The notes under the pieces: generated by a model
The model's database searches: none
What the model saw: only the letters and a program-made list of their open reading frames with translations
Told to the model about the DNA's origin: nothing
Shown: one piece after another, positions 25,815 through 37,929 of the stretch
Position numbering within the stretch: position 1 is the first letter of the stretch
Layout of the letters: every line of letters begins with the position of its first letter
Translations under genes and position numbers: made by a program
NCBI RefSeq assembly: GCF_000315625.1
Contig: NW_005434668.1
Span: 1,034,981-1,098,980 of the forward strand
Direction: 5' to 3'
Origin: Guillardia theta CCMP2712
Lineage: Eukaryota > Protista > Cryptophyta
DNA length: 64,000 bases

Positions 25815-28800
25815 TCATTGTTGATAGCATTGGAGGAAGCTCGTCAGAATATTGGCGACAGCTGCCTCATTGCTTCCGATCTCCAACACCTGAGTTCGCA
25901 TTCAATCGATATCTCCTCATTTTCACATGTCAACCTTGCGCAAATACTTCTGCAAACCTTGCATCCTCTCTCGAACCACCTGATGTGCAACCTCTCACTC
26001 ACTTGCACATGATCACAATGAGGCATCTCACAACTTTCGACGAGGATGAACCCAGCCATCTGACAGCCGACAGTCAGGACCGGCTACTTGACATGGGACA
26101 ACTGTACCTCTTCGGGGGTATCTCTAGCGTTTCTTGTAACCTCCTGGAATGCAGCAGCTTCCCGAGTTCTCTCTTCATCTTCACAAAGTCCGAATACCTT
26201 GAGCATGGGTCACCTTCCAGACTGTCTTCCCCGTCCTCTCAAACCTCTTGTACACTGTCCATCGTTCGCCCTGCCAAGAAGATTTCACACATCCAACGCT
26301 TCGATGATAGCACGTGTCACCTTCATGCTTAGTTGAATCCCGTACATCACAAACCTGTTGGCAGTCTCAGAGCAGAAAAGGAGCCGCAACACTCACCCTT
26401 CATCCTGAACTTTGGCATGCCGAATCCGAATCTCCATGGACAGAAGATATTCTGCGAGAAGTGAAGGTGAAGGTAACTCAAAGCCGATCTCCTAGTACCT
26501 AGGTCGATCTCTTGGACGGGCCGGAGGACATTCAACGACAAAGTCCTGCGAGCGTTCCAGCCTACAAGGAGCTAGAGTGAGAGTTTGAAGTGGTCAAGTC
26601 GCATCGAGACCTTGTTGGATATCTTCTGGCAATTCCAAGCCCCTATGCTGCCGCACGGCCACTTCGATCTGTAGCAACAACCACTTGCAGAATGCCTCGT
26701 TTTGAATGTTGAGCATGAGAGAAGCCGTGGACGATTTTCGAGCGATCTTCTTGTTGAACGCGCAGCACATCCCGCGTCCCTGGTTCAGATACTCGAGGTC
26801 AATCTTGTTTTCTTCCAATCGTAACTGGGAGAGGTCGCCGAAGTTGATGGTGTACTTGATCGAGAGCGTCGGGAGGTTGTGACGATGAAGTTGGAATTTG
26901 TAGTTGCAGAAGATGAGCCGGCGGTCTGTGATGAACAGCACTATATATCCGAGCTTCGAGTCCTTCCATGCTGCATGCTGCACCAGCTTCTCGCCCCGGG
27001 ACCATCCCTCCTGCAAGCACAAGTGATTGTACATGGCCATGCCCATGGCCTCCCGCTGATTGTATCCCTTGAGGCTCGAGCCGGCGGGCCAATACCGCGG
27101 GTATCGTATCCTTGAGAGCATTTTACGGCGCGAGATGTAGGCTGGAGTGTTCTTGATGCCCTCAGTCGTGTACGCCACCATGTCTACCATGCCTGCCATC
27201 GGCTTAACTAGGATGCCCACCAGACCCTTCCCGACGCCTTTGATGGCTCCGCGCGTGCCGTCTCGAGAGAATCCCTTGATGGGCTGGTAGAAGATCCCAG
27301 TGAACCCTTGGAAGACGCCACGTCCTAACGACTTCCCTCCTCTCAGCACTCCTTGCCCCATGTGCATCGGGCGGTCGTGATCCATGAGGATTCTCGCTCG
27401 CTTGTAGTCGCCGTCGAAGGTGAGCTGCGCCAGGCCCTTCACCATCGCGTTCGATATGCCTGACGCTGACCCGAAGACTCCTTGTACCGTTCCTGCCGCC
27501 AGGCTGCCTGCGCCGAGAGCGAGGCCCCTTCCCATGGCGGTGATGTGACCTTCCTTCAAGCCCTCGCGAGAATGGCCGATGAAAGCAGACACTCCCTGAC
27601 TGATGTTGCTCACCAGACCTGTCGGGTTGCCCAGGAACTCAAAGGAGCCGATGAGGCGGTAGAAGCCGTTGGTGACGTCAGTCATGTAGTGCTTCACCAT
27701 CCGCGCGAAAAGTTCGTCTCGAGGGAGAAACGGCCGGTCCCACTCGACGCCAGACAGGAGGATCGGAGCTCCTTCCACGTTGCTCACGACGGCCTTGAGG
27801 GCCTCAACAAAGGCAAACACAGGAAGCTTCGAGACGGGGCCTAGACTCCTCAGCAACCCGTGCGCGTCCTCGGAGCCATGGAAGGTGAGAGTAATTTTCA
27901 TGGGGAAGATCCTTATTTGTTCCACGTAGATCCACCGGCAGTTCTCAGGGGAGGAGTCGATGGACGAAAGGTCGAAAGCGCCGAGCTTTCCGATGACTTG
28001 ACTGAAGGAAGAGTTGTCAACAACTTGCACGTCCTTGTAGCTCAAGTGGTTGATCAGCGACCGAAAGACTCCAAAGAGCTTCAAGATCAAACTTTCATCC
28101 GCCGAAATGCTGAAGTCAGACACCAAGACGTCGATCCTACCGCACCCGCAGTCAACAGAGGTCACTAGAGAGTGCGCAAGGTACCTGTCGAAGACATCCA
28201 GCGACTCGTTCCCGAGGTTTTGGACGATGGAGACTTGAAGGAAGAAGCTTTTACTCGCTGTCTTCACCATGTTGTTCGTCACGTTGTCTTGTCTTGCTCT
28301 CTGCTCGTGCCTGCGATCGGTTTCGTCCTTCATCTCACTTCCCTCGGAGCTCCAAGGGGTGTACGGCCCGAGGATCACAGGACTGCCCGAGTTCGTCTGG
28401 TTGTCAAGCTGGATGCAACGGTCAAACGGTTTCAGCCTCTCGAGTATGATCAACCTGCAGATGCTGCACGTGCAAGTCGATGATCCTGCAGTCCCCAGCC
28501 TCGACGTACTGCAGGAGGGAAGACGTTAGGCCGAGGGGAAGGAGCTATGGAGGGAGGGAAGGTACCTTGAGGTTGAGGTCGTGGAGAGATAGATAGATCA
28601 GCTCTGATGGGACTGAGTCGATGATGCTGACACCGATTCGAGAGAGACTGAGACTGATGTGAGTTGCGACGGTTCGCCTCGGCCTCTGCGTCCTGATGTC
28701 GCTCTTATCAGACCTCTGAGAGGACTGCTCGTCTTCGATCCTCAGGACCTGGCAAGAGCATTCAGATCGCTCCAAGAGGCCGTCAGATCACCTTCGTTGG

Positions 28801-31800
28801 CCCATCGGCGTGCACAGAGACATGAAGGTTGGTGACGTCATAGGGGTTGTGGTGGATGACGATGGGAGGAAACCTTCCAAGGCGATCTACGTTGCAGTCG
28901 AAGCGAGACAGCTCGAGGGAGTTGAGGCAGAATCGGAGGTGGAGGATCGGAGGCATGTGGGGATCGTCCCAGCTGTAGTCGTTGACGTCACCGGGGTTGA
29001 TCGTCTCTTCCCTGGCGTCTTTGACGTCTGCTTGCATCATTGCAATCGTGATGCTCCTCGTCTCGTTCTTGACTAGCAGTGCAGGCTTCTCGTTCCGATC
29101 CTTCACGACCAGGATGGTCGAGTTGCCCTGCATCAGCGCATGGGCGGTGACGTTCATGAAGGCTGCGGCTCCTTGCGCCGCCTCCGAGCACTTGGGAAGC
29201 TTCAACGAGGAGTACCCGAGCGACAGGAAAGAGATCCCGCTGCTCCAGCTACCCCCCTGCTCGCTACTTGTCGATCGATGCTCCTCGTTGCTCACCATCC
29301 GCAGGCGGAGCCTCCGGTCGGTGCTCTCGTCTGACCAGGTGATGACCTTCATCTGTCCGGGTTCCACCCGCTTCTTTTCCGCCTCATCCACTCCCACCTG
29401 AAGGAGCTCTAGATGCTCGTTGAGATGGTTGCAGAGGACGAAGCGCGGGAGGATCGTTACCAACTTCGTCTTATTTCCCAGCTCCTTGATCAGGGCCACG
29501 GAGACCACCAGGTCCACTGAGAACCCATCCCCTACCAGCGTGACCGGCGTCGAGCTCCCCACGGAGTCGATGGAGAAGGAGGGGCACCAGTCGCACGGCA
29601 CCATCATCCCCTCCCGCGCGTCGTAGCGTCGGAACGGAGGGCCAAGCCTGAGGGTTGCCTTGCTGCCTCCTACGTCCACCTTCCAGTGGAAGGAGAAGGG
29701 CGTCGGCACGATGTCTGTGCTCGTGAGGGCGTCTGGTAGCATGTGACTGGAGTCGCAGGAGTGGAGGGAGTGGTTGGCCGTCCTGACGCTGGGAGGGGAG
29801 GAGAAGGACGTCCTTGCTTCTACCTCGTGGCAGCCCTGCCCCCCCAGCAAGGAAACATTGCTTGCCGTCCACTTCTGCCCGTACTGGAGTGGGAAGGAGG
29901 TCCTGTTTACGAACCAGAAATGTGCGAAGATGTGCATGCGGAAGATCTGATTTGCCGTCTGCGAGTGCTCGAGGAAGATTCGGAGAATGTCTCGGCTGCT
30001 GTCGTACATGGTCACGTTTGTTTCGAGCTGAGAGCCATCTGGGCAGAAGACAGGCACGAACTCCGAGCCCTCCTCCAGCCCGCACACACAGAACCCAGCG
30101 CTGATCCTGCGGGAGAGGTCGAAGTCGTGAATGGCGTGCTCTTCCCCCGGGTAGATCTCGTAGCTCGGCTGAGGAGCCTTGTCGCCCTCAAGGAGGAAAC
30201 TCATGCGGACTTGGCAGGGGAGGAGGTTCTTGACCATGAGGACGGGGAGGAGTGAGATGCTCAGCCTCTCGCACACCTGCGACGAGGCGTCTGCCGTCCG
30301 TCTCGCCTGCTTGCTTGCTGTGTTGGGCGGGAGGGAGGCGACGTGCGCGACAACTCTGAGGTAGAAGGAGTTGAGATGGCTCGTGTCCTTGCGGCAGCAC
30401 ACGACCTTGTCCAGGTCGCGCTGGAGGGGGAGGAGGGTCGCTTCCAGGTTGGCCCCTGCGATCTCAAACGAGTCCTCCTCTTGTTCTTCGAGCACAGGCT
30501 GCACGCTGATGACGTAGTCGTCGATACCGTCAAGGAGGAAGAGTGGGGGCAAGTCGACGGTCTCTTTGGCTAGCAGGAGGTGCTGGAAGGCATTGATTCT
30601 GCCTCTGACGTTCATGGAAACTTTGATGGGAACGAAGCAATCGTTGGTAAGAGACATGTCGCTCTGGATCGTGACAACCCTCTTGGATATCTCATCATCA
30701 GCTTGCACGTTTGCCATCACTCTCGACCCATCGCTGAGCGTGTGGAATGACAGCCCTGCTTCTTCGATGTCGATGTTGAAACAGTTGTGATCGGCAGGAG
30801 CCGCGAGCCCTGGGAGGCTCTCAAGAGAGTCGTCGTACACGCTGATCTTCAACACACGATTTTCCTGATGGTTGTTGGCATTGGAGTAGGATGAGAAATG
30901 ATTGGGAGAAGTCGGATAGGCCGATTGCTGCTTCCACGTCTTGTCGGGAAAGTGGATCGGCTCTGAATGCATTGGCATGACAGTCTGCACGTGAGGGTTT
31001 TCTGTAGCGTCACTTTGAGAAGTCTGGATGCATAACTCCACTCCGCATCGATTCTTGATGGCATACGCCGAGAAAGGATTCACAAGGCAGCGATGACTTG
31101 AAACATCTTCCTCCTGTTTGACAGCTCCCTCTGTTTCCGAATCTGCAGCTGCGAACTTTGACGCGGGGAAGTGATGCTTCCATGTCAGCAGAGTGCTTAG
31201 CAAGGTGGCGAGATGGTTCTCAGCGATGTTGATGTTCATCTCGTCGCTAGATGACAGGCTGTAAGTGACTACTTCCGAGACTTGCGAGCCATCGACCTCC
31301 TGCTGCGCGTCCTCGGGGATGACCTTGGGATGGGGAGGAACAAGGTCAGAGACGAGTAGCGAGGACAGGAGGGAGAAAAACCTTCTGGCTCTTCTCCATC
31401 ATCATCTCCCAGCTCTCGATGAGGGGCTCGAACTCAAAGACGGTGCTGTTGAAGAGCGAGGCCTTTATCCTTAGCTGTAGCATACCCCATGTTTCCCCGT
31501 CGAACGCGTTGACCTGTTTGCATCCCATCACTTGCACACTCGTTTGTTTGAGAATGCCTTACGTTCATCCCTTGGATCTCAGCGAGGGAGAGAGAGAGGA
31601 AAGGTTCGTTGAAGCCCGCGCAGTCGTTGATGATGACGATGTTCAGAGAGTCGAAGTCAACTCGAAACTGCTTCTGCGTCTGAAGAGCTTGATCTTCCTC
31701 TCTGTCCTGTTCATTGATCCTAACCTCCTCCAACTCCCCCGAGCCATGTCTGCTTCGCTCCTTTCCATCCTCTCCTTTGCCACTCCCCCCCCCCTCTGCT

Positions 31801-34800
31801 GCAGAAGGAGAAGAGAATGGCCGCAGAACCCTCTCCTGAAGGTCCATATAGAGAAGAACGTCCTGGTACGAGATCAAGAGGTCGAAGCAACTTCCTACCA
31901 TCCACATCTTCGAGCTCTTCTCTCCTTCGAAGATGTACTCAAGGGACAGGCTGGTCGGATGCAGCGCGTGCCTCCTCTCCTCGTGCTCCCCCCCTTGCTC
32001 CAGAAAAGTCTGGACGTCCTGCAAGTGGAGGAAACCTTTCCGGTAACCTGCTGGTTTGCTCATGTCCTTGATCAGCCCCGAGACCTGAGCGGGTGTGAGC
32101 CAGGTGAAAGAAGGGTGAGAGATCAGAAACAGAGGGCGAGAGACGGTAGATGGGAGGTTGAAGATGCGAGTGGTTTACCGTGACGACGACTTTTCTTCCA
32201 GACGGTTTTGCGACATCTTCGAAGAAGACCACCTTTTGCTCCTCAAGGAAAACATGGTATTCAGTGATGTGATCATCCTGAACTGCCGCGTTCCTCTGCT
32301 CTGATTTCCGCCTCATCTCACCCTGCCCTATGCTAGACGACGTGATGCTCCTGTCGTCAGCTGACTTAGTCTCAGCCTCAGCAGCCGTGTTGCTCGAAGT
32401 TCGGAACACAGATATGATGGAGCTGAGGACCTCAGGAAGAAAATTCAATCTCATCCTCCCGACCTGTATGACATGTCTCGAGTGATTCAGCTCAAAGGAC
32501 GACGAGTAACTCAAGGCAAATTGGCTCTCCGCCTCCGAGCACATCACTTCCTCGATCTCTTCCTTGATCTTCACGTGCAGCCTCTTGAGTTGGAAGTCGA
32601 AGGACGAGAAACCTTCCGAGAACTGGACGAAGGATAGGTTGACTTCACTGAGATGACACAGAGCGATGAATGCTTTCTGCCCGGATCCGATGTCCTCCTC
32701 CTCGACCAGCCTGAGAGCAATCGGATGCTCATCGGCCATCCGGACCTTGACATCCAGATGCCTCCATTCTTCCTGCACGAAGGTGATTCTGTCAGTTGTG
32801 AATTCCACCTCGTCGAAGTCCTGTGTTGTTGTGTTCATCTCTTGAATGCCTGCAAACAGCCCAGGTCACAAAACTTCACATGAACCTCTCATGTTGAGAT
32901 CAACATGAAAGTCCAGCCACCTGATATCTCAGTCGTTCCGAGCTCCTCAACTTCCTGAGAGCCGAAGACGTGATTCCAAATCTCAAAGATCGCCGAATAC
33001 TTGTGCTGCGACATAAGGCACTCGAAGGTTGGTAGAGCTACTTTGATCTTGGTTCTCGTCAGCATCTCATTTGATGGCGCAATGCTGTTGTCAATGCAGA
33101 CACTGATCCTGACGTTGTTGATAAGGCTGAGATTGCTGTAAGAAGCAGCATCTTTTGCTGCATCCCAGCACTGATGCCTCTTACAGATCATCATGTACAC
33201 CTCGGACAGCTCAAGAAGGATACTGTTGTACAGCCTCTCATCCACTTCATCCTCCTCCTCCATCTTCTGCAGGAGTGGAGACAGCTTTGAAATGTTCGAG
33301 GACTTGAGTGACCAGATGGCGAGGTTTCCGGGCTGGACGACCAGGGAAGGGCAGTCATCCCTGCCATGTTCGACATTCTGAGGGATGATGATGACAGGGC
33401 TTCTCAAGTCAAAGGACAGGTCGGCAACAATCTTAGCCTGCAGCGCTGACTTGACGTTCTTCTCCGACACTTCTTTGGCGTGCTGGAGTTGCTCCGCTGC
33501 CGTTCGCTTCAGCGCCTCCAGTGCGGGAGATTCCCCGATGTCAAGGAAGTCAAGGAGATGGCGGAGGAAGGGCGGGTTGTAGACGATGGTCATGCGATCA
33601 AGCATAGCTATCATCCTCGAGTCGCAAGCCTCCCCGTCCGACGGGTTCGACTCGTACTTGAGGACCAGCAGCGGAGGCTCCTCGTCCTTGCTGGGAGAAG
33701 CCTTGCCGACGCTGGAACTCTTTCCGCTCAGTGACTTGGCTACGTCCCACACGGAGCTGGTGATGGAGGCAGGAAAGAGGATCCTGGAGGCAAACCTCTG
33801 CCTGCTCGGCGAGAGTTTCGACCTGCTGGAGAACCGCGATACCACACAGTCAAACCCTGAGGCGATGTTGGGGCTGCAAAGGTCGAAGCAGGAGAGGTTT
33901 CCAATCTGCAGGCTGCAAGCAAACGAAGTTTCTTTCTGTACGAGATTGATCGCCAAGTCCCGCAGCTTGAACTTCGCGATCTGCCCGCGGTCATCGTCGA
34001 AAGGTGACTTGGGGTTGGAGACGGTGACCGACCCAAAGCGCAAGATGAACTCGAGACGCATCCTCGAGATCCTAGACTCGTTCCCAGCCTCTCCGTTGAT
34101 AGTCGATGCATTCTCGCTACTACCCTCGTCGGAGATCCCAAACTCGTTCATAATCTCGGCAGTGGCGCTGAAAGTCAGAGGGTACTCCCCCTGCTTCACC
34201 TCGCCTTCCCCTGCATCTTCTCGGCGCAGGAAGCCCGGCATCCAACCAGACACCCTCGTGTAAAGACTTGCTGGTTGCCTGCTGGAGTCTTTGACAAGGG
34301 TCTGCTGGTCTGCCTCCTGAATGGCCCGAAGTTTGGCGATGACGGCCTTGCGAGCTGTGAGAAGGGCGTCCAAGGGAAGAACATCCTCTAGTTCCTCCAG
34401 TTCTTTCACCTCCTCCTCTTGGATGGCTGGTCCTGAAAGGTTCTGCAGAAGCCTTCTGCGGTACAGAAACGCGTATCGTGGCCACTTGACTATCAGGCGG
34501 AAAACTTTGTTCTTATCAAACCTCAGCATTCTCTGGTTCCTCTCCCACGCGATGCAGTTGAAGGCAAACAACCACCATTCCTTCGGACTCTCTTTCACAC
34601 TGACATGCGGCCTGAACTGATTGTAGCGAGCAATCCTCTCAAAGTTACGGAAGTACTCGAGAGTGTAGATGACGTCTCGATATTGCTGCTTCTGCATACT
34701 CAGCTCCAACCTGTTGATCTCCCACATCGCGTCGTACTTTGGATGCGCTTCATCTGGCTCATCACTCTTGTTCAACCTCATGCGAAAGATGGAATCGACA

Positions 34801-35579
34801 GGTTTGATGATGAAGTTCAGAAGTTTCGTATCGAAAGAAACATCGTCAGCTAGTTCGTCAATGTCGTCCACCACGCTAGAAAATCCCTCGAGAAACTCCT
34901 GTAGATCCATCCCATCATTCCAAAACATCTTCTCGTCCGAGTTGAGGTAGATACTGAACCCTTTCAAGTTGCACAGCTTGTTTAAGAAGGTTTGGTTCTC
35001 AACAAACGCCGGCTTCCAAGTCGAATTCGTCGACTCAATGGAAAGATGGTTCAGAAGCACGCCCGCGCAGAACGGGTGAGAGGCATGCACAGTTGAGTCC
35101 TCGTACCGGACATGAATTTGCGATATGTGAATCTGAACATTGTCCACAATCTTGGTGATAAGCTTGGAGTAGAAGGATTCGCTGACCTTCTCATCAAACT
35201 GCGCAAACCCGTATTTCAAGGATATGTCGAACTCAGCCAATGCATCTTTCTTCGCCAACGTCTCTCTCCTCTTCTTCTCCTCGGCTGAAATCTTGGGATT
35301 TGTGTTCGGCGACAGGATCATGTTCAAACCCTTGATCTTTACTATCACGGGCTTGCTCCGCAGGTTCTTCCATGGTATATCCAACCTCAATTCCTCTAGC
35401 TTACCAGCTACAAGAGTGACAGGAAGATCAAAGTCGTCCAGAGCTGTTTGCTTCAGAGAAAGATCCTTGAGCAGAATCTCTCCTCTCCACACAGACAACT
35501 CTGTCGCCTTCTTGTCTATCCCGTCAACATACTTGCCCGCCAGTCGCTCTATTACGCTAGCAAGAATGCCCTCGAGCAT
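25815..35579 (-). CDS. VPS13: VPS13-family bulk lipid transfer protein (Chorein-N, VAB/SHR-BD, ATG2_C, PH-like) with a spliced C-terminal PX domain
   Basis: MLEGILASVIERLAGKYVDGID..KIVDNVQIHISQIHVRYED; TKLVTILPRFVLCNHL; VSVHADGPTKV; GSFEFLGNPTGLV..GVGKGLVGILVKPMAGMVD; RIRYPR; an in-frame 49-nt intron at 26562-26610 leads to the PX exons. Confidence 0.95.
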
Positions 35580-36065
35580 GGTTCACAGAACCGAGGAAGC
35601 AAGTTCAGGGCTCCAACGGTGATCAACGACCTTGTGTTCTATGTTCTGTCGTCCATCAACTCTCCTCCTCGCTCCTCTCGCGCTTGTTCCCTCCCCTCCC
35701 TCCCTCCTCACCCTGCATGTCAGTGGAAGACGTAGATAGGGATTTTGGGAAGGGAGGGGTGCTGAAAACGGTGGTGATGCTGAAAAAGGGGGTGGGGTAG
35801 CCAGGAAAAGTTTGTCGGAAGGGATCATGATGAATGTGGAAAGGAAGCGAGCGGGAGACGATGATGCAGGAGGAGGATGAGGATGAGGATGAGGAGCAAA
35901 CCGCAAGATAAGATTTTGCAGGTGATGCCATGAAGGAGAAGAGAGATAGAAGGGTCAAAGTCTGCCGTTGTCGTTTGATCTGAGAGGGAACTGATACTTG
36001 GAAGAATTTATTATCATGTCGTCGAAACACGCGATGTGAATCTCTAAAGCGAGTCTGACGAAGCT

Positions 36066-37929
36066 CTAGTCAGATTTTGGCGGGACATACACTCTGTCGA
36101 TCTTCAGCGGGGCAATGGTCCTCCAAAAAATTGCAAAAAACTGCAGGAACTTTAGTACAGGAGGAGGTTGAGCGGAGGAGGAGAGCATTACTCTGTTGAG
36201 GTGAATCAAGAGATCGTAGCAGCAGATGTCTAGAGCGAACTGAAGGACTGGAAGCAAGCACAGTCAGAGCTGCGACCAGCGACAGATACAGACACGCGAG
36301 TTACCCAGGCAACAAGTCGCCACCACCACCTTCCCAGCACTCTTTGAGATCGGCTTCATCAGCAGCAATGTAGAGAGGACGGGCGAGATGTCCTGGAGAT
36401 GCGAGCCAACAGCTGTAGCATCACATCACGACAAGGATACACGGAGGATGCACGCAGACCTTGGCGCGAGTGTTGCAAGATGCCATGAGGGTCTGTGAGA
36501 CCATAGTAGACCCACACTAAGTACCAGGCTCGCTGCATCGCCCACGTCGGGGCACTCGCAACGATGGCAGAACCCCCTGCATCTCTGCTCAGCAAGCGAG
36601 CATACCTACCTCCTCACTCACCTGTCTCGAAATAGCTGACCACTACCCACCTGCAGACATTCACAGTCATTCCCTTACAAGCGCATCTGCCGCCGGAAAT
36701 ACCCGAACGAACCGGAGGTGAATCCACAGAGCAAGGCAGCCCATACGGACTTCCTCATCCTTTCGTGCTCTGAGCCAACTCTTACCAACATCTCTCGCAC
36801 GCCGAGCTAGTCCTTACACCCACCTGCATTGAGAGCCTTTTCCATGCCCCAAGAAGTGATAGCATGTGCCGAACTGATTGTGGCGAAAGCTTTGATTGGG
36901 ATCATCAACCACGGGGTCTTCATGGAATTATGCCTACAAACATAATCACTGCAAGTTGTAAGACTGCAGCTATTCCTTCACCATATGTCAAAAGGGCTAC
37001 AGAAAGTAAGCCACCAGGCGAGCAGGAAAGCTGAGAAGACATGCGTTCCTAATGATGAATCATACCCAACCTGAGCACAGACAGCCATGAATTACCAGCA
37101 AGCCAACTCGGATTTTGGCCCAAAATTGCCTTTTTATGGACAAAACTTCAGAATAGATTTTTCAGAGCAGAATCGGTTATACCCCTGTCGTCGTCGTCCC
37201 ACCAAACTGTAGGAAAGTGCATGTACACTGAAAACAATTGAATGAGGATGTTTGGAACTCGTTGTTTCAAATCTTACTATCGTGGTGGCGTAGCAACCGA
37301 ACGCCGTCTTGCACATGTTGAGTATTCTTTGATCACCAGCCTTGATGCTCCTGAATGGGTTTGACCGTCAACCCACCGTAACCAGGAGCATGCCGAACCT
37401 TTCGAGCGAGGTCCGGAAACCATGGCAAACGATACAGGAACCGCAAAAATCCAGCCATGATACGTTGCCATTGAAAATCTGTAGAGGAGGGAATGAAAAA
37501 GTATCGAACATACCTTATGTCTACCTTGTAACTCTCAATCCATTCCATCCAGATCATGGCATCTATGAATTCAGCTTTCACTGCCTGCCCGAAGAAACAG
37601 ATTCCTACCATCGAAGTTTTGATACAGAATTGCTACAAGAAGAGCAGCGAAACTGAAAGTTGCAGCAAGAGCCGTTTCTGTCACAGCAGTAAGAACCCAG
37701 GAGTCTTGGCCCTCCTTGCATGGTTATGGAGCAATCGAAGAAGACCATGAAAGTCGCATAGAGAGAACGGATCACCTGTTGATAATTTGCCGGTGTTCCC
37801 CTGTCTCCACGTCACCTTCTGCACCTGCACTGCACCCACACCCTTCGTTTGCTTTGTATTCAAGTTCAAGGCAGCCCAAATCTTGTCTGCGAGCTTGCTC
37901 CTTGTGTTGTCGGCTTGTTTTGGAGGCAT
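36066..37929 (-). CDS. Trimeric intracellular cation channel (TRIC/TMEM38 family), many small exons
   Basis: Spliced FLQFGGTTTTG|AILGQNPSWL..AFLLAWWLTFCSPFDIW..IPIKAFATISSAHAITSWGMEKA..AALLCGFTSGSFG|WVV matches the TRIC FGGG/LLG-P/W..CPxD/G..GxGG signature; ends VYVPPKSD*. Confidence 0.75.

Noticed and set aside
25805-26332. 175-aa plus-strand ORF
   Set aside because: Antisense to the PX exons and has no recognisable motifs
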